NCBI GenBank assembly: GCA_016841065.1
Contig: JAENZW010000003.1
Span: forward strand, 1-55,314
Source of the DNA: Actinomycetota bacterium
Lineage (GTDB): Bacteria > Actinomycetota > Coriobacteriia > Anaerosomatales > JAENZW01
DNA: 55,314 bases
Reading direction: 5' to 3'
Positions within the stretch are counted from its first letter, which is position 1; every line of letters starts with the position of its first letter. Both the position numbers and the translations under genes were made by a program. Of the stretch, positions 29,761-38,530 are shown in pieces. A model generated the notes under the pieces. The model saw only the letters and a program-made list of their open reading frames with translations, was not told the origin of the DNA and ran no database searches.

Positions 29761-31923
29761 ATGGAGCGCGTCGTCAGTGTCATTCGGCCAGCCGCCGCCC
29801 CGCACGTGGCGGATTCCACGGACATAGCTCTCCTTGTGTCCACGAACTCCCGTCAGGAAATCGACACGTGGGATAGGTCAAAGATTGCGGATTCCCTCAT
29901 CAAGGAGGCGGGAGTCGCGTCCGACGTCGCGCACGAAATCGCCGAAGCAGTTGAGGACCGGATCGACCGGACGAATCTCCTCACCGTCACGACCGCTATC
30001 ATCCGCGAGATTGTCGACCTCGAACTTCTTGAGCGAGGTCTCACAATCGCGCACAAGAAGCATAGCCACCTCGGACTTCCAATGTGGGATGTCGAGCAGA
30101 TCATCTCGAACGCCAACAAGGAGAACTCGAACACCACGCACAACCCGGAGTCGATCAATCTCACGCTCGCGGAGACGATTCTGAAGGAGTTCGCTCTTCG
30201 GCGCGTGTTCACGGAGGACGTGGCGGAAGCCCACTATGTGGGCGACATTCACCTCCACGACCTCGGCTTTATCGTCCGACCGTACTGCGGCGGACACTCT
30301 CTCGAGTACATCAAGAAGTTCGGGCTCAACCTTCCCAACATCACCAGCGTTTCGAAGCCCGCGAAGCATGCCGAAGTGCTGATCGGTCACATGGTGAAGA
30401 TGGCCAGCGCCCTTCAGGCGCACTACGCCGGCGCCGTCGGATGGGAAGCAGTCAACGTATTCCTCGCTCCCTACCTGGTCGGCAAAACCGCCGAGCAACT
30501 AGACCAGCTCGCCCAGATGTTGATATTCGAGTTCAACCAGCTCGCGGGGGCGCGCGGGTCGCAGGTCGTCTTCACTGACTTCAACCTCTACTACAACGTA
30601 CCCAGGCACTTCGCAGACACCCCGGCTATCGGTCCCGGCGGCGAGTACACGGGCAAGACGTACCGGGACTACGAGCACGAGGCACAGGCCTTCCTTCGCG
30701 CGATGTTCGACGTGTATATGCGAGGGGACGCACACGGCAAGACGTTCGTCTTCCCGAAGCCCCTGCTGCATATCAGCGAGGACTTCTTCCGCACCCCCGG
30801 TCACGAGGAGTTCCTCGATCTCGCCTGCACTGTGGCGGCGAAGCAGGGGATCACATACTTCGTCTTCGACCGGGGCGACGAGGTCACGGTCTCGCAGTGC
30901 TGCCGTCTCAAGCTCAAGCTGAGCGAGGAGCAGCTCATCGAGACATCGACGCCCGAACGCATGCGCTTCTCCGCGCTTCAGAACGTCACGATCAATCTGC
31001 CCCGAATCGCATACAAGGCGCGGGGCAATGACACGGCGCTGTTCATGGAGGTCAACCGCGCGCTCGAACTGGTGGCCAAGGCGCACGTTCAGAAGCGTGA
31101 GTTCGTGCAAAGCCTTGTTGACCTGGGCGAAGAGGGACCGTTGGGCCTCCTGTGTCAGAAGCTCGACGGAGAGCCGTACCTCAAGATGGATCGATTGACC
31201 TATCTCGCGGGACTCATCGGTCTCAATGAGATGGTGCAGGTGCATATTGGCCAGCAACTCCATGAATCGGACGAAGCCCTAAGGTTCGGGTTGAAGGTCA
31301 TATCTGCCATGAGCCTGAAGTGCAGGGAGCTCTCGAAGCGCTACGGTGTCAACCTCGTTCTCGAGGAGAGCCCGGCAGAGTCCGCGGGCTACCGGCTAGC
31401 CAAACTCGACATGAAGTACTGGCCTGACCAGACTTCGGGCGTCGTCAAGGGCGATTTGACCAGCGAGAACTACTACTACACGAACTCCGTGCACATCGCG
31501 GTCGATGCACCGGTCGATTACATCGACCGCGTCGAGAAGCAGTCGCGATTCCACCCGCTCATCGAAGCTGGAGCGATCGTCCACGTGTGGTTGGGAGAGC
31601 ACGAGCCCGATTGCGGCGCGATTCGTTCGTTCGTCGAGAAGACGTTCCGGAACACCCAGTGCGCCCAAATCGCCTTCAGCCCCGAGTTCACGGTGTGCGA
31701 GTCCTGTCAGAGGACCTCTAGGGGACTTCGGACTCAGTGTCCGAACTGCGGCTCGCTGGATGTCTACGGCGTTACTCGCATCGTCGGCTACTTCTCGAAG
31801 GTACAGACGTGGAATCGCAGCAAGGTGGGTGAGCTGTACGACAGGGTGAGGACATCACTTGGCGACCCCAACGCCTCCAGAAATTCGGTCGCTCAGAACG
31901 AGAGAAATGCCCCTGCCGCCTAG
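29761..31923 (+). CDS. nrdD: Class III (anaerobic) ribonucleoside-triphosphate reductase
   Basis: N-terminal ATP cone, IHLHDL, thiyl loop SQCCRL, YYTNS, CESC...CPNC zinc ribbon, glycyl radical motif RIVGYF. Confidence 0.95.
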   Translation: MERVVSVIRPAAAPHVADSTDIALLVSTNSRQEIDTWDRSKIADSLIKEAGVASDVAHEIAEAVEDRIDRTNLLTVTTAIIREIVDLELLERGLTIAHKKHSHLGLPMWDVEQIISNANKENSNTTHNPESINLTLAETILKEFALRRVFTEDVAEAHYVGDIHLHDLGFIVRPYCGGHSLEYIKKFGLNLPNITSVSKPAKHAEVLIGHMVKMASALQAHYAGAVGWEAVNVFLAPYLVGKTAEQLDQLAQMLIFEFNQLAGARGSQVVFTDFNLYYNVPRHFADTPAIGPGGEYTGKTYRDYEHEAQAFLRAMFDVYMRGDAHGKTFVFPKPLLHISEDFFRTPGHEEFLDLACTVAAKQGITYFVFDRGDEVTVSQCCRLKLKLSEEQLIETSTPERMRFSALQNVTINLPRIAYKARGNDTALFMEVNRALELVAKAHVQKREFVQSLVDLGEEGPLGLLCQKLDGEPYLKMDRLTYLAGLIGLNEMVQVHIGQQLHESDEALRFGLKVISAMSLKCRELSKRYGVNLVLEESPAESAGYRLAKLDMKYWPDQTSGVVKGDLTSENYYYTNSVHIAVDAPVDYIDRVEKQSRFHPLIEAGAIVHVWLGEHEPDCGAIRSFVEKTFRNTQCAQIAFSPEFTVCESCQRTSRGLRTQCPNCGSLDVYGVTRIVGYFSKVQTWNRSKVGELYDRVRTSLGDPNASRNSVAQNERNAPAA

Positions 31924-31969
31924 GTCTCGCTTGGTTGGATCCTGAAAGTCACGAAGATACGGAGGAACG

Positions 31970-32215
31970 GTGAGAATCAAGCTCTTCATCCAGGATGACT
32001 GTCCACGATGCCCTGCCGCGAAGCATGCCGTGAGCGAGTTCGACGCGGTCGAGGTCTACGACGTCGGGGAGATGGACGGGCTTGCCGAAGCGTCCTTCCA
32101 CAGCATCCTGTCGACTCCGACGATCCTGGTCGTCGACTCGGCGGGCAACGAGGTTGGCGGCTGGCGGGGCGTCATCCCCGAGCCCTCCGAGTTGCGCCAT
32201 CTCCTGGCGCAGTAG
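31970..32215 (+). CDS. Glutaredoxin/thioredoxin-like redoxin (NrdH-like)
   Basis: 81 aa, CPRC motif near the N-terminus, STPT cis-Pro motif; between nrdD and nrdG; GGAGGA RBS. Confidence 0.8.
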   Translation: MRIKLFIQDDCPRCPAAKHAVSEFDAVEVYDVGEMDGLAEASFHSILSTPTILVVDSAGNEVGGWRGVIPEPSELRHLLAQ

Positions 32216-32223
32216 CCTCCTCC

Positions 32224-32985
32224 ATGGCCCTTGCATCCACAGCGAAGTCACGAATGCAGCTCTGCGTCGAAGCGGCCCCTTCATCGTCCTCTTCGGCACG
32301 CATCGCGGGGTGGAATGGGGCCGGCATGTTGGATTGGCCTGGCCGAATGGCCACCACCGTCTTCATTGGAGGCTGCAATCTCGCGTGCGCATTCTGCCAC
32401 AACCCGGATCTCATCTGTCCGACACCGCCCGAGATGTCCCGGCTTGATGACCTCATGGAGCACTGCCACGCGCGACGTTCGTGGATAGACGGAGTCGTCA
32501 TCACAGGCGGAGAGCCGACGTGCGACCCTGCGCTGTTCTCCCTCCTCGACGAGTTCGCCGCGATGTGCGTCCCGGTCAAACTCGACACCAACGGCACGAA
32601 CCCGGAGGCTCTCGCTTCGATTCTCGACTCGGGGCTTGTAGCATACGTGGCCATCGACATCAAAGCGCTCCCGGAACGCTATGCCCAGGTCACAGGGATG
32701 TCCAGAGCTTGGGATCGGGTGGGGAAGAGCGTGGACATCCTGCTGCACTCCACGATTCCGCATGAGTTCCGCACGACCGCGTTTCCCGAGGCTGTGGACC
32801 TCGACGATCTGGAGAAGATCGCGGAGTTGATAGGCGGCGGGGATCACTACGCTCTTCAGCAGTTCAGGCCAGACCATACCCTCGATCCGCAGGCGCGCGA
32901 TGTACGGCCGTACGACGGAGACGATCTCCGCCGAGCTGCCGAGGCGTGCGCGAAGTGGATCCCGACGACGATTCGTGGAGCGTGA
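32224..32985 (+). CDS. nrdG: Anaerobic RNR-activating radical SAM enzyme
   Basis: LDWPG...[31 protein letters not shown]; start 32224 or 32254. Confidence 0.88.
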   Translation: MALASTAKSRMQLCVEAAPSSSSSARIAGWNGAGMLDWPGRMATTVFIGGCNLACAFCHNPDLICPTPPEMSRLDDLMEHCHARRSWIDGVVITGGEPTCDPALFSLLDEFAAMCVPVKLDTNGTNPEALASILDSGLVAYVAIDIKALPERYAQVTGMSRAWDRVGKSVDILLHSTIPHEFRTTAFPEAVDLDDLEKIAELIGGGDHYALQQFRPDHTLDPQARDVRPYDGDDLRRAAEACAKWIPTTIRGA

Positions 32986-32989
32986 ACCC

Positions 32990-33421
32990 GTGAGACTCGC
33001 CATCAAGCAGCTCGACTCCGGCCTTCCGGTTCCCCGATACGCCCATGACGGCGACGCCGGCCTCGATCTCATGGCTGCCGAAGAGGTGCGCCTCGAACCG
33101 TTCGAACGCGCATTGATTCCCACCGGCATCGCGGTGGCGATTCCGGAAGGGTACGCGGGCTTCGTCCAGCCGCGCAGTGGTCTCGCCATCAAACAGGGGC
33201 TTTCCATCGTCAACACACCGGGCCTCATCGACAGCCACTACCGCGGCGAGGTCAAGGTCATCGCCATCAACCTCGATCCCCACGAACCCATCACCCTCGC
33301 CCGGGGCGACAAGCTCGCCCAACTCGTCATCCAGGCAGTCGCGCGCGTTGAGATCGAGACTGTGGACGAACTCGACGAGACGGTGAGAGGGGAGGGGGGG
33401 TTTGGAAGCACCGGCGTCTGA
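32990..33421 (+). CDS. dut: dUTP diphosphatase
   Basis: [37 protein letters not shown]. Confidence 0.97.
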   Translation: MRLAIKQLDSGLPVPRYAHDGDAGLDLMAAEEVRLEPFERALIPTGIAVAIPEGYAGFVQPRSGLAIKQGLSIVNTPGLIDSHYRGEVKVIAINLDPHEPITLARGDKLAQLVIQAVARVEIETVDELDETVRGEGGFGSTGV

Positions 33422-33881
33422 TAGACCCCGCATCCGCGTCGCGGCGCTCATCCTACGCGAAGGTCGCGTCGTCCTGGCCCGTCATCGTGCAGGTGATCGC
33501 ACATACCATCTGCTACCAGGCGGCGGAGTGGATTGGGGCGAGTCCCTGGAGCAGGCGCTCATTCGCGAAGTCGCCGAAGAGACCGGCCTGCAGTGCTCTG
33601 TCGGTCGTCCGATCATTCTCTCCGACACCATCGCGCCCGATAACACGCGTCATGTCGTGAACATCGTGTTTCGCTGCGAAGCTATCTCCGGGGTCATCAC
33701 GCAGAATCCGGCGGATACCCGGGTCGAGACCGTGGACCTGGTGGCACCCGAACAGCTCGCGTCGCTCGACATGAGACCGCCTATTGCGGAGCCCATCCGG
33801 GCGTTCATCGACGATCCGAACATCCCGACGGTCTATCTCGGCATGCTGTACCGACCAGAATCGGAGCATGACTTGACATAA
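33402..33881 (+). CDS. NUDIX hydrolase
   Basis: Nudix box [24 protein letters not shown]; overlaps the end of dut. Confidence 0.88.
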   Translation: MEAPASDRPRIRVAALILREGRVVLARHRAGDRTYHLLPGGGVDWGESLEQALIREVAEETGLQCSVGRPIILSDTIAPDNTRHVVNIVFRCEAISGVITQNPADTRVETVDLVAPEQLASLDMRPPIAEPIRAFIDDPNIPTVYLGMLYRPESEHDLT

Positions 33882-33890
33882 GTATAGGTT

Positions 33891-34184
33891 CGGGCGACGC
33901 GTCGTCGACATTCGAGAGGAGGTAGCTCACGAATACATGTGTCGCCTGGCAATGATGAATGTTCCACCCGCAATGGAAGGACGATTTGACTATGGAGCGG
34001 TTCTTCGGATTCCGAGAGCGTGGGACCTTGTTCGGCTAGGATTCTCCGACAACAGACAGGACCCACGCGGCCGAAGCAGCCGCAGAGTAGACGAATACCG
34101 CTCGCGCGATCTGAACTGCAAGATCAGTCGCAAGACGGTTTCGATAGCCGGCCCCGGGCTGTGCATGCGCACGGTCCGGGGCCG
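33891..34184 (+). ncRNA. Putative ~300-nt structured RNA, Ms1/MTS2823-like candidate
   Basis: Nested stems 33891-902/33937-48, 33995-34001/34097-103 and 34018-24/34062-68, a GCAA tetraloop at 34127-36 and a 16-bp terminal hairpin. G-U pairs favour the + strand. Short motifs recall Ms1 (from memory). Confidence 0.55.
34149..34184 (+). terminator. 16-bp GC-rich terminal hairpin
   Basis: CGGCCCCGGGCTGTGC-atgc-GCACGGTCCGGGGCCG (two G-U pairs); weak U-tract. Confidence 0.65.
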
Positions 34185-34251
34185 CAGCTCTTGCAGGGTA
34201 TTGGCAGATATGGTTGAGGGACCCTGGCCCCTCTTTCGTCGTTTACGCCGT

Positions 34252-34279
34252 ATGGCGGATAATACATCTTATGTTAACT
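34252..34279. other. dif site (XerC/XerD chromosome dimer resolution)
   Basis: ATGGCGGATAA-TACATC-TTATGTTAACT has the 11-6-11 layout with a canonical XerD arm (TTATGTTAA) and sits exactly at the gene-strand switch. Confidence 0.92.
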
Positions 34280-34360
34280 CGCGCAAAGCAGCCTTGCTCC
34301 CCTCGTCCGCGTGACATCGAATCGACGTGAAAGGGGGGTGCTGTCCCCATCAGAAGGGGT

Positions 34361-34660
34361 CTACCCCTCGAGGTAGCGCCCTTCGAACTGAGACTTCGTG
34401 AGGGACTCCATCTCTTCCTGGATCGCCTCTAGAGCCGCATGAGCTTCATCTGACGACTCGTACGCCGCAATCGGCAGCGCCTCTTCGTCATCGACCCTCA
34501 CTGCTTCGAGCGTCCAACTCTCGCGCTCGTCAGGGCTGTCCTTGGGCGGATCGCGCCACAGGATGTCTTCGCGCCATTCGAGATCCGGCTCCGCGGAGTC
34601 ATCGAGCCGTGCAACACGAAGTCGGTAGAAGTCATCCGCTGCACCTATGACGCGCGCCAT
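34361..34660 (-). CDS. Hypothetical acidic protein (99 aa)
   Basis: ATG with GGGGGAG RBS, follows the upstream gene by 15 nt; no recognised motif. Confidence 0.7.
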   Translation of the reverse strand: MARVIGAADDFYRLRVARLDDSAEPDLEWREDILWRDPPKDSPDERESWTLEAVRVDDEEALPIAAYESSDEAHAALEAIQEEMESLTKSQFEGRYLEG

Positions 34661-34675
34661 CTCCCCCGCCCTACC

Positions 34676-35077
34676 CTACTTCTCGAGTTTCGAGTACTGG
34701 TCGTTGGTTGAGACGAATCCCTCTGTGCCGTCTTGGGCACGCACCTTGTACCAGCCATCCTCGGTGCCGAGGTAATCCAGGCGATCACCCTCGTTGAGCT
34801 GACCGATCATCTTGGCATCCCGCGAGGCCTTCTCGCGAAACTTCAACCCGTCGGTGAGCACGAGGACCGTCCTCGCTTCTGCCGCATCGCCGCCGGTTTC
34901 CCCGCTGCCGTCGTCGGCCGTTCCGGTCGCCTCGGCCGAGCTCGTCGTCTCTTGAGAGTCGCCATTGCCGCGCTTTGTCGACCTGTAGTCGCCCCAGTAG
35001 TTCATAACCAGCATCAGTACGACGAACAGGAAGATCACCGCTGCGACGCCGCGTATGGCCTTGCCAGAAGGACTCAT
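34676..35077 (-). CDS. Membrane-anchored bacterial SH3 (SH3b) domain protein
   Basis: N-terminal TM, S/T/G linker, GLKFREKAS...IGQL..GDRL..LG..DGWYKV....G..GFVS pattern. Confidence 0.8.
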   Translation of the reverse strand: MSPSGKAIRGVAAVIFLFVVLMLVMNYWGDYRSTKRGNGDSQETTSSAEATGTADDGSGETGGDAAEARTVLVLTDGLKFREKASRDAKMIGQLNEGDRLDYLGTEDGWYKVRAQDGTEGFVSTNDQYSKLEK

Positions 35078-35637
35078 ATGTACAGACCTCCGCCGTAGAC
35101 GGCCGTATCATCAATATCGTAGTACTCGCGTGCCTCTGTCATGAGCTTCACGGCTTCTTCGAACGCCCTCGTCACTCGCTCGACGTTCACGCTAGCCAGC
35201 GCCGTGAGCACCCCGTCAGCATCCATATCCTCTGAAACGCTGCCGGCTTCCATCGCCAGAGTCGCTGCGGCGTCACCAAGAGCCTGCCCGAGCGGCCAGA
35301 GCCTCTTCGGCAAGGGAGTGGTCCAGGCTTCGTCTGCGAGAAGCTGCATCCTGTGCGCGACATCGAAGAAGGCTTGTCGATCGGGCGACCCGGGATCCTG
35401 GGCGAACTCCAGCAAGCTCTCCTCGGGCTCGTCGGCCAGATGCCTGATAACAGCCTCGAGCGTCCGCTGTGATGCGATGAAGTTCTCTCGTCTCCCGATC
35501 AGTTGGACGAGATACCGACGGGAGAACCGATGCCACAGCCAACCGCCTACGAGCCAGCCAACAGACACCACGACCACGAGGGATGCGACCGTGATGAGAA
35601 TCCATACCCATTGCGGGGCTGATGATGCCTCGGACAC
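35074..35637 (-). CDS. Hypothetical protein with N-terminal TM and helical domain
   Basis: GTG start after GAGGCAGG, one TM, ATGA overlap with the next gene. Confidence 0.7.
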   Translation of the reverse strand: MSEASSAPQWVWILITVASLVVVVSVGWLVGGWLWHRFSRRYLVQLIGRRENFIASQRTLEAVIRHLADEPEESLLEFAQDPGSPDRQAFFDVAHRMQLLADEAWTTPLPKRLWPLGQALGDAAATLAMEAGSVSEDMDADGVLTALASVNVERVTRAFEEAVKLMTEAREYYDIDDTAVYGGGLYI

Positions 35638-35670
35638 CGAACCTGCCTCTCCAAAATGGTGCGCAAGAGC

Positions 35671-36978
35671 CTAGCAGCCGTCCTCGCGCTGATCGAGAAC
35701 ACGCTTCGCCTTGCCCGCAGTTCTCTCGATGGAACCCGGCTCGACGAGAGTCACCTTCACGTGCAGTCCAATTACGCTGTGCAAGCGGTCGCTGACGTGC
35801 TTCGTGAAAGCGACCATGTCAGCCATGATATCGGAAAACACCTCTTCGGCGACCTCGATGCGTACTTCCATGTCGTCGAGGCCATGCTTGCGATCGACCA
35901 CGATGAGGTAGTGCGGACGGATGCCCTCTATCTTGAAGAGCACGTCCTCAATCTGACTCGGGAATATGTTGACCCCCCGGATGATGAGCATATCGTCGGT
36001 GCGCTGTCGTACCTTCGCCATGCGGGCCATCGTTCGTCCACACTCGCAGGTCTCGGTGGTCATCCGCGTGATGTCGTGCGTGCGGTACCGCAGCACCGGG
36101 AAGGCTTCCTTCGTGAGTGGTGTGATCACCAACTCGCCCTCCTCGCCGTCGGGAAGCGGCTCCCCGGTCGCCGGGTCTACGATCTCCCAAAGGAAGTGAT
36201 CCTCCGCGATATGCAGTCCACACGCACATTCACACTCACCGGCCACGCCGGGGCCCATGACTTCGGAGAGCCCGTAGTTGTCCGTCGCAACGATGTGCAG
36301 CTTCTTCTCAATCTCTTTGCGCGCTGCCTCAGAGCACGGCTCCGCGCCGAAGAGTCCTAGCCGCAACGGCAGTGTCGAGAAGTCCACGCCGGTGGACTCG
36401 GCGACCTCGGCCATATAGAGCGCATACGACGGTGTCGACACCAGAACCGTCGTCCCGAAGTCCTGCATCATCATGATGTGTCGCTCCGTGTTGCCCGCGC
36501 TGGCCGGAATGACCGTCGCCCCGACGCGCTCTAGACCGTAGTGCATGCCAAAGCCGCCCGTAAACATCCCATAGCCGAACGCCATCTGCGCGAGGTCTGT
36601 GCGGACGACGCCTGCCGCAGACGCCACGCGAGCAGTCAATTCAGTCCACGTCGCGATGTCTCCGCGCGTGTAGCCAACGACGATTGGCTTGCCCGTCGTA
36701 CCTGATGACGAGTGAACCCGCACGACATCGTCGAGAGGAACCGCGAAGAGCCCGAAGGGATATGTGTCCCTCAGCGCCGTCTTGTCGGTGAACGGCAGCC
36801 TCCCAACGTCCTCGAGCACCTTGATGTCCTTCGGCCGGATACCGCGCTCGTCCATGGCCCTTGTGTAGAACGGAACGCGCTCGTAGATCCAGCCGACAGT
36901 CGCCTGGAGGCGCCTGAGCTGCAATTCCTTCAGCTTCGGCCTCGTCATCGACTCGTATTCGGCGTTCCAGATGGGCAT
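35671..36978 (-). CDS. paaK: Phenylacetate--CoA ligase family protein
   Basis: HSSSGTTGKP, FGYGMFTGG, FGAEP, YGLSE, RYRTHD, RTDDMLIIRGVNIFPSQIE, GKAKRV; start ATG 36978. Confidence 0.92.
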   Translation of the reverse strand: MPIWNAEYESMTRPKLKELQLRRLQATVGWIYERVPFYTRAMDERGIRPKDIKVLEDVGRLPFTDKTALRDTYPFGLFAVPLDDVVRVHSSSGTTGKPIVVGYTRGDIATWTELTARVASAAGVVRTDLAQMAFGYGMFTGGFGMHYGLERVGATVIPASAGNTERHIMMMQDFGTTVLVSTPSYALYMAEVAESTGVDFSTLPLRLGLFGAEPCSEAARKEIEKKLHIVATDNYGLSEVMGPGVAGECECACGLHIAEDHFLWEIVDPATGEPLPDGEEGELVITPLTKEAFPVLRYRTHDITRMTTETCECGRTMARMAKVRQRTDDMLIIRGVNIFPSQIEDVLFKIEGIRPHYLIVVDRKHGLDDMEVRIEVAEEVFSDIMADMVAFTKHVSDRLHSVIGLHVKVTLVEPGSIERTAGKAKRVLDQREDGC

Positions 36979-37011
36979 CTTCCTGCTCCTGTTCGACTCG
37001 CTTTGGGACAC

Positions 37012-37770
37012 CTAGGTCCCGGAAACACTCTTCTTCCATGAACCGAGGTAGATCATGCGCACGTCATCGTTGGCCAGAAGCTCGGACGCCGTACCTTCGA
37101 GCTCGACCCTTCCGGTCCGCAGTACATACCCCCGGTCCGCGTGGCGAAGCGCCACGGACGCATCCTGTTCCACGAGCAGTATCGTCACGCCGCGCGACCG
37201 CAAACGATCGAGAATCGCGAATATCTCCGAAATCACCTTCGGTGCGAGACCCAGGGACGGCTCATCGAGCAGTAGCAGCCGTGGCCGGCTCATCAACGCG
37301 CGCGCTATCGCCAGCATCTGCTGTTCTCCGCCCGACAACGTCGCGGCGGATTGGTCCACACGCTCTCCGAGCACAGGGAACAGCTCGTGGACGATCTCGA
37401 GGTCTTCGGCGAACTCGCTCGAAAACGAACGTGAACGTCTGCGCGCGTACGCGCCAAGCTCGAGATTCTCGCCCACACTCATCGATCCGAAGAGCCTTCT
37501 GCCCTCCGGAACGAGCGCCAGTCCGGCTTCCACAGCCTTCTCAGGCGTGATACCCGAGATATCACGACCGTCGAACACCACCGAGCCGCCCGTCGGAGAC
37601 AGGACGCCCGCGACGGTCTTGAGCAGGGTGGACTTCCCCGCGCCATTCGACCCGATGAGCGTCACTACCTCGCCATGCATGACGTGGATCGAGACGCCCT
37701 CAAGGACTCCGACGTGTCCATAGCCGGAGCTGACCTTCTCGACGCGCAGCATCTCCCTGGCCTCAGTCAT
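37012..37770 (-). CDS. livF: HAAT-family ABC transporter ATPase (LivF-like)
   Basis: GSNGAGKST, VPEGRR, LSGGEQQM, LDEPSLGLAP. Confidence 0.92.
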   Translation of the reverse strand: MTEAREMLRVEKVSSGYGHVGVLEGVSIHVMHGEVVTLIGSNGAGKSTLLKTVAGVLSPTGGSVVFDGRDISGITPEKAVEAGLALVPEGRRLFGSMSVGENLELGAYARRRSRSFSSEFAEDLEIVHELFPVLGERVDQSAATLSGGEQQMLAIARALMSRPRLLLLDEPSLGLAPKVISEIFAILDRLRSRGVTILLVEQDASVALRHADRGYVLRTGRVELEGTASELLANDDVRMIYLGSWKKSVSGT

Positions 37771-38530
37771 CGACGGGCTCCCCCAGGTAGGCCTCGATGA
37801 CCGCTGGGTCCTTCTGGATGAGCCGAGGCGGCCCTTCGGCTATCTTGCGGCCCTCGTTGAGGACGACGATCTCGTCGCTGACCTCCATGACCAGTCCCAT
37901 GTCATGTTCGACGACGACGAGCGTCACACCGTTGTCGCGAACGCGGAAGAGCGCGTTGGCGAGCGCCTGCGTCTCGGTCGTGTTCAGACCCGCAGCCGGC
38001 TCATCAAGCAGCATCAGACGCGGTCCCGTCGCCAGCGCTCGGGCTATCTCCAGGAGCCGCCTAAGACCGTGCGGCAAGTCCGCTGCGGGGGTCTCGGCGT
38101 GATCCTCGAGTCCAAGTAGACGAAGGAGCCTCATCGCCTCCTCGCGCAGACGCTTCTCCTCGATCAGGGTCCATGGCAGGTAGAGCGCGGCCGACAACAG
38201 CCCCGCACGCGAGCGAGTGTGCAGACCGACGAGCACGTTCTCGAGCGCCGTCATGGCTTCGAACAACTGCGTGTTCTGGAACGTGCGGGCGACGCCAAGC
38301 GCCACGATGCGATGCGGCTTCATTCCAACGAGGGACTTCCCGTCGAACTCGACTCGTCCCTCGTCGGGGCGCTCGTACGCGGTGAGCACGTTGAACAGCG
38401 TGCTCTTCCCCGCTCCGTTTGGGCCGATCAGAGCCTTGATCTCGCCTTCGTGCACATCGAACGACACGGAATCCACGGCGGTGAGCCCGCCGAACCGCTT
38501 CGTGACCTCGTGGACAGCAAGCAAGCTCAT
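37763..38530 (-). CDS. livG: HAAT-family ABC transporter ATPase (LivG-like)
   Basis: KRFGGL, GPNGAGKST, ARTFQN, LDEPAAGL, VEHDM, VIEAYLG; start ATG 38530. Confidence 0.92.
   Translation of the reverse strand: MSLLAVHEVTKRFGGLTAVDSVSFDVHEGEIKALIGPNGAGKSTLFNVLTAYERPDEGRVEFDGKSLVGMKPHRIVALGVARTFQNTQLFEAMTALENVLVGLHTRSRAGLLSAALYLPWTLIEEKRLREEAMRLLRLLGLEDHAETPAADLPHGLRRLLEIARALATGPRLMLLDEPAAGLNTTETQALANALFRVRDNGVTLVVVEHDMGLVMEVSDEIVVLNEGRKIAEGPPRLIQKDPAVIEAYLGEPVDD

Noticed and set aside
33389-33400. G-rich run at the end of dut as a phase-variation or frameshift site
   Set aside because: It encodes the conserved [10 protein letters not shown] motif in frame.
34057-34083. CAGG...GAAGCAGCC resembling SRP RNA helix 8
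   Set aside because: It lacks the CCGGAAGG tetraloop hairpin and the correct spacing of the SRP motif.
34137-34149. GGTTTCGATAGCC resembling a tRNA T-arm
   Set aside because: No acceptor, D or anticodon arms can be built around it, so it is treated as a hairpin of the larger RNA.
33937-34314. 125-aa ORF in the terminus gap
   Set aside because: It runs through the 16-bp hairpin and the dif site, the nearest AGGAGG is ~15 nt from the ATG, and the protein has no recognisable features. The RNA/dif reading explains the region better.
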